Of a DNA stretch of 47,309 bases, positions 1 through 9,566 are shown piece by piece; the stretch's first letter is position 1; the number at the start of each line of letters is the position of its first letter. Made by a program: the position numbers and the translations under genes. The stretch comes from Basidiobolus meristosporus CBS 931.73 (taxonomy: Eukaryota > Fungi > Basidiobolomycota). The stretch lies in contig MCFE01000674.1 of NCBI GenBank assembly GCA_002104905.1, positions 1-47,309 of the forward strand, read 5' to 3'. The notes beneath the pieces were generated by a model. The model saw nothing but the letters and a program-made list of their open reading frames with translations. It did no database searches and was not told the origin of the DNA.

Positions 1-59
1 CCTAGACATGCCCACTATAAGAGCAGACAATGTGCCAGTTGTAGGGTAAAAATATTTAT

Positions 60-100
60 GGTTAGGGTGATAAGGGTTAGGAGGAGGAATTCTAACCCTA
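60..100. repeat. Degenerate telomere-like motifs in both orientations (GGTTAGGG...AGGGTTAG / CTAACCCT)
   Basis: GGTTAGGG at 60-67. AGGGTTAG at 73-80 is the exact reverse complement of CTAACCCT at 92-99. Confidence 0.5.
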
Positions 101-166
101 AGGGACCAGAACCAAGAATGAGAGAAAAGTAATCCAATGGGAATTTAAAGAGTATGGGAGCAGTAT

Positions 167-236
167 GGGGGATTGCATCCCCCAAACCCCCTGCTTTTTT
201 ATTCTCTAGGGGACTGCGTCCCCCAGACCCCCTGCT
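167..236 (+). repeat. Tandem pair of GC-rich hairpin units upstream of the ORF1-like gene
   Basis: GGGGGAT-TGC-ATCCCCC-AAACCCCCTGCT (167-195) and GGGGAC-TGC-GTCCCC-C-AGACCCCCTGCT (209-236). Confidence 0.75.
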
Positions 237-347
237 CTTCTAACCTTTTCCTAGCCCTTACTATAACACCTACACCCTCTCTTTTCTTCTTACCTATTTT
301 CCCACCCTCCCACCCCAACTACTCCTTTCTTCTTATTTACTACTTCC

Positions 348-1148
348 ATGTCTTTACCCAACTTTCACTCTTTACAGACTGCTTACCTTGAACAAAGAGT
401 TTCTCTTCTTGAAGCTGAAAACTCAATGTTGAAATCTCAGATCCAAATTCTTTTCAAAACTCTTTCTGAACTTCACCCAGCCCTCTCCACTTCTCTTTCA
501 GCTTCTTCCTTACCTTGCAACCCCTCAATTAGCTCTTCATCCAGTCAATCTGAAAATTCTCAGCAACCAGGAACTTCTACTACTTGTACTCAGAGCTACT
601 CCCAAGCACTTCAAGCTCATCCAAAACTTGCTGCCCTTCTATCAAGACAGTCTCCTAAGCCAGTGCACTCTAAAGCCAGAAGAAGATTCCCTGTCAGCCC
701 TGATACTCCTCCTACTGCCAACTGGGCTGTTTGCTATTTCAGAAATGCAGGATATCTCCCAATATCAGAACAAAGAAACTACCTCAAGGACTTAGGTATT
801 CATATGCCTAAGATTATTAACATTCAGTACATTGCCAGGGATCTCTTGTAAGTTATTCTTGACAAAGATATTGTTGAAGATTTTACAGAAGAAGTCAAAA
901 ATATGCTGGATTGGGAGCTCTCAGAGCATATATTCAGACATCATTTGGACATTCCACTCTTTGTGCCATTCTCTCTGGAAAAAGACCTCCTCAAAAGATT
1001 TACCAGCTTGTTGAAAAACTCTCCTTCCCTTCAAGTCACAAACTTCCTCAAGAAATACTACAGTGAACAAGCAGTCTTGCTACACTCTCCTCTAGACTTT
1101 GATATTGAGGATATTTGGGATACAGCAAAGTCCAAGTTTACCTTGTAG
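348..1148 (+). pseudogene. ORF1/gag-like protein of a putative non-LTR retroelement, interrupted by one in-frame stop
   Basis: ORFs 348-851 and 903-1148 share a frame. Past the single TAA (849-851) the frame continues open (DLL*VILDKDIVEDFTEEVKNMLDW...), about 266 codons in total. N-terminal coiled-coil (LEQRVSLLEAENSMLKSQIQIL), Ser-rich linker, then a compact domain (LKDLGIHMPKIINIQYIARDLL). The resemblance to ORF1 proteins of early-diverging fungal retroelements is recalled, not verified. Confidence 0.5.
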
Positions 1149-1202
1149 GCTTCCTGCATCTCAGATATTCATATTCAAACTTGGCTTCTTTATTTATTAT
1201 TT

Positions 1203-1333
1203 AAATAAAGATTTCACCCTTTGGTGATGATCATCCCCCCCCTAACCCTAACCCCTAACCCCCCTAACCCTTAAATACCTGTCATAAGTAAATAAAGATT
1301 TCACCGCTTGGTGACTTTCCTCCCCCCTAACCC
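1203..1333 (+). repeat. Duplicated 3'-end module: AAATAAAGATTTCACC-N4-GGTGA followed by a telomere-like C-rich tail
   Basis: Copy A 1203-1270 ends C8-TAA-C3-TAA-C4-TAA-C6-TAA-C3. Copy B 1290-1333 ends C6-TAA-C3. Both contain AATAAA and a TCACC/GGTGA stem. Confidence 0.85.
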
Positions 1334-1338
1334 AAGCA

Positions 1339-1561
1339 CGTAGAATAGGTTAAGGAAGGTCCCAAGAACATGTGTGCAAAGTTTGGGGCTGTTTGGACAA
1401 CTTTGAGAATTTTCATGTTCTGGGTACCTGGCATTTTGGTGAAAAATATTCTAAGTAAATCCCAACAAGGAATTTGGTCAGTATTCTCTAGGATTTGAAG
1501 GTGATGATCTAAGTGACTAAGTTAGGTGAATATTTAGGTGGAAATACAAATTTTTACAACA
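1339..1561 (-). repeat. 3' LTR of the copia element, missing about 127 bp of its outer end
   Basis: Matches 5630-5834 apart from an 18-bp indel and a few substitutions. The segment equivalent to 5503-5629 is absent. PPT GAGTGGGGAG (minus strand, 1562-1571) abuts TGTTGTAAAA. Confidence 0.93.
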
Positions 1562-1572
1562 CTCCCACTCAG

Positions 1573-4029
1573 CTAAATGTTCATACTGACTAGTCCTAAT
1601 TTTGACCAAAGATATTCAAACTTGTCTCTAGCTAATGGTTTGGTAAATATGTCTGCAATCATTTCATCTGTAGGACAGTAAACTAAGCTAACTAAGTTAT
1701 TCTCTATAGCTTCACGTATGAAGTGATGTCTAATATCTATGTGCTTGGTTCTAGCATGAAAAGTTGGATTTCTACCTAATTGTATACATCCTTGATTATC
1801 TTGAAATAAAGTAATAGGCATTTTTTGACATAGGCCTAAATCTGTCAAGAGTTTTCTTAACCACATTGCTTCTTTTGTAGCTTCACAGGCTGCCATATAC
1901 TCTGCCTCTGTAGTAGAAAGTGCTACGGTTGGTTGCTTTCTTGAATTACATGAAATTGCTCCTTTACAGTAAAGAAAGGTGTATCCTGTGGTGGATCTTC
2001 TGTCTTCCAAATTTCGTCCCCAATCTGCATCAGAGTATCCCACAAGATCTTGTTCTGAATCCTTATAAGTGTATCTTAAGCAAATATCAGCAGTTCCTTT
2101 TAGGTATCTAAAAATCCGCTTAACTGCTGCAATATGATCAGATCCATAGTTCTGATTATGTTGGCTGACAACTCCCACTGAATATGAGATATCTGGATGT
2201 GTTCCAAGCATGATATACATCAGACTGCCGACCATAGATTGATAAGGAAAGTCAGGGCTTTCAGATGGCACCAAGCTCTCTTGATTTGGTTCAGTTTTGA
2301 CCAAGTTAAGGTTTGTCTCCATTGGGGTAGCTGCCGGTTTACAGTCTTCCATTTTGTACTTCTTTAGTATATCTTGAATATACTTGGATTGGCTTAGGGT
2401 AATAGTCTGGGTACCTCTGTCTATGGAGAACTTAATCCCTAAGTAGTAACTAAGTTCTCCTAAATCAGACATCTTGAACTCCCTAGAAAGGCTCGATTTA
2501 GTCTCTTCCAATGTTTCTAGGTTATTGGCGGCTATAATAAGATCATCCACATATAGAGCTAATAGAACTGGATTTGCTCTATCTGGCTTATAGTATATAC
2601 TATAGTCAGCATTACTTCTTTTGAAACTCAAGGATTCCAAATAAGAATCTATCTTGCAGTTCCAGGCTCTTGGTGATTGTTTGAGACCATATAGTGACTT
2701 TTTAAGCTTGCAGACCAAATGGGGGTTATCTTGGTCAACAAACCCATCAGGCTGGTCCATATACACGTCCTCATCAAGTTCTCCATTCAAAAATGCAGTT
2801 TTTACATCCATTTGATGAATAAAAAACTTATATTTGGCTGCAATAGCCAATATTAATCTGATGGAATTAAACTTGGCTACCGGTGCAAAGGTCTCAGTAT
2901 AGTCAAGTCCTTTTGTTTGAGAGTATCCTTTGGCTACAAGTCTTGCTTTGTATCTTTCAATTGTGCCATCAGCCTTGTATTTTGTCTTGAAGACCCATCT
3001 GCATCCAATTGATTTTTGGTTGATTGGTAATTTGACTAAGTCCCAAGTTTGATTTTCCATCAGGGCCTGATATTCCTCAGTCATTGCAGATCTCCAAAAC
3101 TTTGTCTGAGGGCTATTTAGGGCCTCTTTTACAGTCTGGGGTTCATCAATATGGACTGAATAGGCATAGGCTAAGTTTGTACCCTCATTGATATAGTAAT
3201 TTGGGCTATTTCTTGTCTGATTGGATCTCCGGGCATTTGATACTGGAATGATCACTTCTGGGATATTCCTGGGCACTGATTCTGGCTGAACCACGGTTGT
3301 AGAGTCCTCTGGAGTGAAAAAATTTTCATTGTTTTGCTCTGATTCAATCTTGACAATTGGTGGACTTGAGATCAAATTTTCGTCATCATCTGATGTCATT
3401 TTTTGTGAAAATTTTGAATTTTCATCAAACAACACATCCCTGGACTTGATCAGCTTCTTTGCTTCGGTATTGTAGAGTCTGTATGCCTTACTCTCATTGC
3501 AGTAGCCCAAAAATATGCATTTTACACTTTTTGGCTCAAATTTTGACTGATTTCCGGCCAGTTTTTTGGCATATGCTGTACACCCAAATATTCTTAGATG
3601 TTCTGCACTTGGTCTGTATCCATACCATGCTTCAAATGGAGTAGAATCACGAAGTATTCTGTTATAACTCCTATTTTTAAGATATACAGCAGTGGCAACT
3701 GATTCCGCCCAAAAATCATAGGATAATTTTTGATCATGGATCATAGATCTTGCCATATCAATTATTGATCTGTTAGCTCGTTCTGCTACTCCATTTTGCT
3801 GTGGGGAGTATGGTACAATAGTCTCTTGCTGTATCCCATGAATTTTGCAGAAGTGGATGAAGAGTTTGGAGGTATATTCTCCACCATTGTCAGAGCGTAT
3901 TTTCTTGATTTTTTCACCAGTTTCTCTCTCCACCATGGCTTTAAACTCCCTGAACTTGAACAGAGCTTCTTCCTTTCTCTCCATGAAGTAGACCCATGTG
4001 TTAAGGATAAATTTTGCATAGGTCCACAC
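1573..4029 (-). CDS. copia pol C-terminal part: integrase core, reverse transcriptase, RNase H
   Basis: IRSDNGGEY and PQQNGVAERANR (integrase), QMDVKTAFLNG and LYVDDL (RT), GYSDADW and HIDIRHHFIRE (RNase H). Confidence 0.95.
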   Translation of the reverse strand: MWTYAKFILNTWVYFMERKEEALFKFREFKAMVERETGEKIKKIRSDNGGEYTSKLFIHFCKIHGIQQETIVPYSPQQNGVAERANRSIIDMARSMIHDQKLSYDFWAESVATAVYLKNRSYNRILRDSTPFEAWYGYRPSAEHLRIFGCTAYAKKLAGNQSKFEPKSVKCIFLGYCNESKAYRLYNTEAKKLIKSRDVLFDENSKFSQKMTSDDDENLISSPPIVKIESEQNNENFFTPEDSTTVVQPESVPRNIPEVIIPVSNARRSNQTRNSPNYYINEGTNLAYAYSVHIDEPQTVKEALNSPQTKFWRSAMTEEYQALMENQTWDLVKLPINQKSIGCRWVFKTKYKADGTIERYKARLVAKGYSQTKGLDYTETFAPVAKFNSIRLILAIAAKYKFFIHQMDVKTAFLNGELDEDVYMDQPDGFVDQDNPHLVCKLKKSLYGLKQSPRAWNCKIDSYLESLSFKRSNADYSIYYKPDRANPVLLALYVDDLIIAANNLETLEETKSSLSREFKMSDLGELSYYLGIKFSIDRGTQTITLSQSKYIQDILKKYKMEDCKPAATPMETNLNLVKTEPNQESLVPSESPDFPYQSMVGSLMYIMLGTHPDISYSVGVVSQHNQNYGSDHIAAVKRIFRYLKGTADICLRYTYKDSEQDLVGYSDADWGRNLEDRRSTTGYTFLYCKGAISCNSRKQPTVALSTTEAEYMAACEATKEAMWLRKLLTDLGLCQKMPITLFQDNQGCIQLGRNPTFHARTKHIDIRHHFIREAIENNLVSLVYCPTDEMIADIFTKPLARDKFEYLWSKLGLVSMNI

Positions 4030-5471
4030 AGATCTGAGTGAATTAGATCTAATTTTTTCTTAGTTTTGATTAACCCAGAGCTCTTGAATGGTTGTCTGGC
4101 TTGTTTCCCATATATGCAGGCTTCACAGTGCTCCAAAATAGCTGGGGGATCAATTTTCACTCCAGTAATTAGCTGATCTTTGATCATTTTACGCAAATAA
4201 TCAAAATTGATGTGTCCAAATCTCCTGTGCCAAAGCATTGGTGTTTCTTCATTTAAGTTACTTATATTGGCTTCCAGATATGATGGAATATAAGTCAACT
4301 TGTATAGATTCTGATCTCTGATGCCCAAAGCAATATGAGCACCATTTTGATCAGTGATCCTGCATCCAGAATTGTCAAAACTGAAACTGAGTCCTTCTGC
4401 TGTGGCCTTGCTTACAGAGAGTAGGTTCTTGGCTATTTCTGGTACATAGAGTACTTCTTTAAAGGTCAGTGTATGGCTTCCTTCACTGCTTCTAAGGTTT
4501 ACTTGGATAGTTCCTTCTCCCACTGCATCAAGTGTTCTATCGTCACCCATGAAAACCTTCTTAATTGGAATTTCTTGATATTGGGTAAAAAGTTCTTTTT
4601 GGTGTGTAAAGTGTTGAGAAGCTCCAGAGTCAATATACCACGTCTGAGAATCCTTGTTTGTGGTCATATTTAGTGCAGATATGAATAGTCTATCTTCAGT
4701 TGTTGCAGCATTTCCATATTCAGGCTTCTTTTGCTGATAATCTCTCTTTTTGAAACACCGGTCTGATGTGTGTCCTTTCCTTTTGCAGTAGTTGCAAAAT
4801 AGGTTGCTGTTGCCTTTGTAGGGTCTTGGGTACCTCCTTTGTTGGTTATCATTGCTTATTAAAGCATTTTCTTCTTCCTTCTTAATGGCGCTTGATTTTC
4901 TTAATTCTTCATCCAGGAGCCTTCCATATACGTAATTTAAGGTCAAATCTTCAGTTCTGGACTCTAGGGCTGATACAAGGCACTGAAACTCGTCTGTCAG
5001 GCTATTCAGGATGGTAACTATCACATCCTCATCAGTAGTTGGTATGCCCACAGATTCCATCTCATCTACCAGCAGGGTAATTCTGTTAATTAGATTTTTC
5101 ATTTCTTCTCCTGTCAGCATCTTTGTAGTAAAGAATTTTTGTCTCAGATACATCTTCTTGGCAGCTGAACATGACTGGTAGGTGTCTTCTAATGCTTTCC
5201 AGGCATTCTTTGCCGTTTTTGCTCTTGAGCATTGAATTAGCAATTTGTCCTTGACATTAAGGCAAATGCAGTTAAAGGCACTTTGTTCTTTCTTCTGGTA
5301 CTTTAAGGCTTCCTCTCCCACATTTTTAGGAGGGCATTCTTCTCCCATGACAATATCCCAAAGGCCTCTTTCTTGTAGCAGCATCTTCATCTTCACCTTC
5401 CACACTTGGTAGTTAGATCCATCCAACTTTTCAGCAGAGGGAAAAATTCCAGTAATAGCAGTAGTAGACAT
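3786..5471 (-). CDS. copia gag-protease-GAG-pre-integrase; frameshifted near 4000
   Basis: ATG at 5471. KLDGSNYQVWKVKMKMLLQERGLWDIV (gag), CNYCKRKGHTSDRC zinc knuckle, WYIDSGASQH protease, LWHRRFGH...CEAC, then HSDLCGP, after which the reading turns non-homologous. Confidence 0.93.
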   Translation of the reverse strand: MSTTAITGIFPSAEKLDGSNYQVWKVKMKMLLQERGLWDIVMGEECPPKNVGEEALKYQKKEQSAFNCICLNVKDKLLIQCSRAKTAKNAWKALEDTYQSCSAAKKMYLRQKFFTTKMLTGEEMKNLINRITLLVDEMESVGIPTTDEDVIVTILNSLTDEFQCLVSALESRTEDLTLNYVYGRLLDEELRKSSAIKKEEENALISNDNQQRRYPRPYKGNSNLFCNYCKRKGHTSDRCFKKRDYQQKKPEYGNAATTEDRLFISALNMTTNKDSQTWYIDSGASQHFTHQKELFTQYQEIPIKKVFMGDDRTLDAVGEGTIQVNLRSSEGSHTLTFKEVLYVPEIAKNLLSVSKATAEGLSFSFDNSGCRITDQNGAHIALGIRDQNLYKLTYIPSYLEANISNLNEETPMLWHRRFGHINFDYLRKMIKDQLITGVKIDPPAILEHCEACIYGKQARQPFKSSGLIKTKKKLDLIHSDLCGPMQNLSLTHGSTSWRERKKLCSSSGSLKPWWREKLVKKSRKYALTMVENIPPNSSSTSAKFMGYSKRLLYHTPHSKME

Positions 5472-5490
5472 TGCAGAGAGTGACAGCTTG

Positions 5491-5502
5491 GGGCTCATAA
5501 CC
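5491..5502 (-). promoter_or_regulatory. Primer-binding site complementary to the tRNAiMet anticodon arm (half-tRNA priming)
   Basis: Minus-strand GGTTATGAGCCC immediately follows the LTR end ...TTACAACA. It is complementary to GGGCUCAUAACC of fungal initiator tRNA. Confidence 0.85.
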
Positions 5503-5834
5503 TGTTGTAAGAGTCTTGGAGATATTGGAAGTGATTGGGAGAACAAGTAGATTGTGTGGTTTTCACTTAATGATTTATTGAATGTAAAAGTAGTATTTAT
5601 ACTTTTACCTGGTCTTGGCATTACAAACATGTAGAATAGGTTAAGGAAGGTCCCAAGAACATGTGTGCAAAGTTTGGGGCTGTTTGGACAACTTATCTAA
5701 TTTTCATGTTCTGGGTAAATATTCTAAGTAAATCCCGACAAGGAATTTGGTCAGTATTCTCTAGGATTTGAAGGTGATGATCTAAGTGACTAAGTTAGGT
5801 GAATATTTAGGTGGAAATACGAATTTTTACAACA
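5503..5834 (-). repeat. Complete 5' LTR of the copia element (332 bp)
   Basis: Bounded by perfect inverted termini TGTTGTAA...TTACAACA and adjacent to the PBS. Confidence 0.95.
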
Positions 5835-6848
5835 AAGGTAAAGTCACTGCACTAATATTTTCTGGTAAAGCTGCCATCTCTGCCTTACTTGACTTATAAT
5901 GATGCAATAAAACCTAGAGAGCGCTAGTAGCACACCATACCACTGAAGAATATTCACTTGGGGCTCAGGGGTTTGGTACAAGATACTAGCTGTATAAGTT
6001 GTTGTAAGTTGGTGAAAATCATTTTTTGACAAAAATAAACAAAAAATCTAACCCAAATTTGGTTAAAGTAACAAAATACATATCTTTCTTTAGAGATCCT
6101 GCCCTTTGTTCTGTCTACACAAAGGACAAGTACAGGCGAGTAGGTTTGATCTGCGAAGGCATTTCTACCACCAATTCACGCATCCGTGCCCTTCATCAAG
6201 TAATTGAATGTATACATGAAATACGATCGGCCTACAGACCAATTCAGGCGATTCCTATTCAATAGCAACGGTCAACTCCACCAGCAAGGTGAAGACAGCG
6301 AGACAAAGGGCATAGAAGTCTGGAACCCAAGACGTGGCAGGGATGTAACACGATTAGCGTTACGATCAACGCTATTGAGCAGATCACTCGCTCATCAAAC
6401 GTGCCTGGTTTCAGCTCGAAGCTATTTCGGAATAGTCCTCGTGAGATAGTGACACAGCAAGACAGTACCGTTTACCCAAAAGTCGATTTGTGAAGCTTGC
6501 ATGTACACGTCTATAAATACCTGGCCCAACTAAGGTTGGAAAATGATTGGTTTGTTGGGATTTACGAATAACAGTAGGCCATTCGCAGAAAGCTAGTCAT
6601 CGTTGAGAGTTTCCACCTTAATAAATAAGGAGCTTCCAATGGAAAAGCAACAGGAGCACTGTTGTCATTTGGCGGCAATTCGCTCTCAAGCCCACCATAG
6701 CTTCGCGCCCTTGATCCCACTGATAAGATAGCCTTGCCAATTGATATCACGTTGGGGTATTTAAGCAAGCTTCGGTTGCAGATGATTGTATTACCAGTCG
6801 TTCCTATCAAACAATCGTGATCAGCTGCTGACCCATTGTGATCTGAGT

Positions 6849-8625
6849 ATGTTACTAACACAGGAGACTAGACAGCATAGACTGCCGCCAGAGATTCTGG
6901 ATCTGGTGATTTCACATGTGTATCCAGACTCGAGCGCACTGTGGTCCTGTTGTCTGGTTAACAAGGAATGGAATAGCATAGGAAGCCCATTTATCTGGCG
7001 CAGGCCGATCTTTCACAGCAAAGACTCATACTCGGCATTTCAGCGAGCCACGCGTCTGAACCCCCAAGGTATGTCATTTCCCTAGCGGTTTGCCTCAAGG
7101 GCCAGCTCACTGACTCCCGGCCCCTCCAGTGCGGAAATACGTGCGCACGTTCGCCTTCGAAATGTACAAGCATCGAATTAACTGTGTAGCCGAGATCTGC
7201 GGGTTGGTGAGCGCATTTCCAAATTTGGAGCACATCTCCCTACCGTACATGCGGCTTCCATCCATATCAACCACTTTCTTGCGGCAATCACCGGGCAACA
7301 TGCTGTCCGGTTTGAAGAAGCTGCACTACAGACTCAACCAGCCATTGGCAAGCATGGTGCTGCACGACGTTTCCTGCGCCTTCACCAAATGCCCTAGTTT
7401 AGATGAGCTGTCGCTGGATCTTTACACAGACCTTTTTATAGTCGAGGATCTTTATGTGCACAAAGCCGAGGACTGGCAAAGCTCCGCGATCCGGTCTCTG
7501 ACAATCAAATGCGTCTACTTCTCGAGCCACATTGTGGAGGCCATCTTGGCGTATACCCCAAAGCTAGAATGTCTAAACCTTACCCTAGCCAAAGTGACTC
7601 CAACCCTTATGCAACGCTTGCTGGAAAGCTGCCCTCGCCTGACATCTCTTTCCATCGAGCTAGCCTATTCGGATAATCATAGACCCTTTGCAATCGAGGG
7701 TTTCTGTCGTAATATTGCTACCGCGTACCAAGGGCAGCTCAGACAATTGAGGTTGATATTCCACCAAAAGCCGATCATCTCAAGCATCATAACCACTCAG
7801 GTTCTGCACCACCATGGGGCTCACTTGACTACGCTAGATTTGACTGGGCTTCCGCTTACCAATGACTCTCTTGCACGTCTAGCTCAGTGCGTCTCTCCAC
7901 AGTTGGCGCATTTGAATCTGTCAAGAAGCCTAGAGGGACACACGCCACCGCTACATGCGCTGTCGACCATATTTTCAATCTGCGGCAGCAAACTGCGATC
8001 CCTACATCTGGACTGCAACAGTATGGTCAACGATTCAGTAGCCGCTCTAGTGGCAAGGTACTGCCGGGGATTGAAGACACTTACACTAAGAAAGACGAAT
8101 GTAAGTAGGATGGGGATGCACAAGATTCTGCAGGTTAATGGGTACTCGCTGAGGACTCTTCACCCACCCCAGGCTTCAGTGCTTGAAGGCATCTTCAAGG
8201 ATATCACAAATTTCTGCCCCTTCTTGACAGAGCTGGAAGCCGGTTGGTCCGGAATAGTTGAGAAGCGCCAACAGATCATAATCGTCCGACAGTTTGGTGA
8301 TTTCATGCGGCTCTGTGGTAACAATCTGGAGACCCTGGTTGTGGATGGCTGGCCAAGTATACGGCTGCTGTTGAGTGTTGTTGCCACCTATGGGCGAGAG
8401 CTGAGACAGATCACTCTAAATGATGACGAGGAGCTATCCGACCAGTTCCTGAGGGACGTGCTTGGGGGGTGCAAGAAGCTCCATCGAGTGTATATCCTAC
8501 TGTCGTTTCCGTTCAAGGCCGAAGGGTTGTCGGATGATGCACTTGTCGAAACAGCTGGACGCAATTACGAGCAGGCCTCAGAGATAGAGCGGCCTAGAAC
8601 ATATACATTTGATATGCGATGTTGA
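6849..8625 (+). CDS. F-box / leucine-rich-repeat (RNI-like) protein
   Basis: F-box motif LPPEILDLVISHV...LWSCCLVNKEW. A GT-AG intron (7069-7129) joins in frame to the LRR-rich ORF 7129-8625. Start uncertain: ATG 6849, or ATG 6782 with an intron at 6788-6863. Confidence 0.88.
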
Positions 8626-8981
8626 TATCTGTTAAAACATACGATACTCCGTGGTAATGTAATCAGTTAAGTGGTTGCAGCCCTGGAGATAGGCTGAACA
8701 GCAGTTATCATGTTCAGTGGTTAAAGTATTTATGCTTTGCAGTTAATCTTGTGGTCAACCTAGAACCAATTTTAGTGATTGCAGCCATGAAGGCCGGTAA
8801 TAAATCTCGTTGCATATGGATCACATCAGCAGTCAAATGCTGCTCTGCCCCATCAGCTAGACTCTTGCCACTAGAACGTGACAAGATCCGCATCACCATT
8901 GCAAGATCAAGACAGCGCGTGTGTGGCAGCGATTGTAGTAGAATACCTATGCTTTATTTATATGTATATATGACAACAAAT

Positions 8982-9566
8982 CTAGAATTTGGCAAACTGC
9001 TTGCTGCCTTGGGATTTCTTTTGCACCTTAAGAACATTGAAACGAACAGTTTTGGACAGGGGGCGGCATTGTCCGACAGTAACAACATCTCCGTTCTCAA
9101 CACGGAAACAGGGGGATACGTGAGCAGCGAGGTTCTTGTGGCGTTTCTCGTAACGATTGTACTTGGGGATATAATGAAGATATTCACGACGGATAATCAA
9201 GGTGTTCTTCATCTTGGTGGAGATAACGGTTCCGGAAAGGATACGTCCGCGAATACTGACATCACCGGTGAAGGGGCACTTTTTGTCGATGTAGGCACCT
9301 TCGATAGCCTCCTTGGGAGTCTTGAAGCCGAGACCGACATCCTTGTACCAGCGGAGGTTGCGGCTCTTCTTACTGCCGGCAAGCTTAGCATTCTGGAAAA
9401 TTCCGACTTGCTTCTGGAAAGCTCTTTCAACCTGAATTGAAGATGAACTTAGACGAAATTCGATTGTATCCTTGCATGCCCTTCCTGCGCTGCCTCATAT
9501 TTGGCAGCAGGATTAATGCACTTGAAGCGATAATCTCCTAGGAGCACTTACTTGTTCAGTGGACAT
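8982..9566 (-). CDS. RPS11: 40S ribosomal protein S11 (uS17)
   Basis: Exons 9566-9552 and 9431-8982 (GTAAGT...CAG intron) give 154 aa: [13 protein letters not shown]...[19 protein letters not shown]...[15 protein letters not shown]. Confidence 0.98.

Larger units (their letters stand above)
1339..5834 (-). mobile_element. Ty1/copia LTR retrotransposon, near full length, 3' LTR truncated, integrase disrupted
   Basis: LTR pair, PBS, PPT, and gag-PR-IN-RT-RH domain order on the minus strand. Confidence 0.97.

Noticed and set aside
1150-1338. Hammerhead ribozyme expected if this were a Penelope pseudo-LTR
   Set aside because: No CTGANGA...GAAA core found by eye, so a Penelope assignment is not supported beyond analogy.
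5630-5834. Initial reading of the copia LTR as only about 205 bp, with TSD AAGCA/AAGGT
   Set aside because: The PBS, the TGTTGTAA terminus at 5503 and the other family copies show the LTR is longer; the flanks match only 3 of 5 and are not a TSD.
8751-9440. 229-aa plus-strand ORF
   Set aside because: Antisense shadow of RPS11; typical of highly biased ribosomal-protein coding sequence.
9464-9472. GTATCCTT U12-like donor on the plus strand
   Set aside because: Lies antisense within the RPS11 intron, with no plus-strand gene; chance match.
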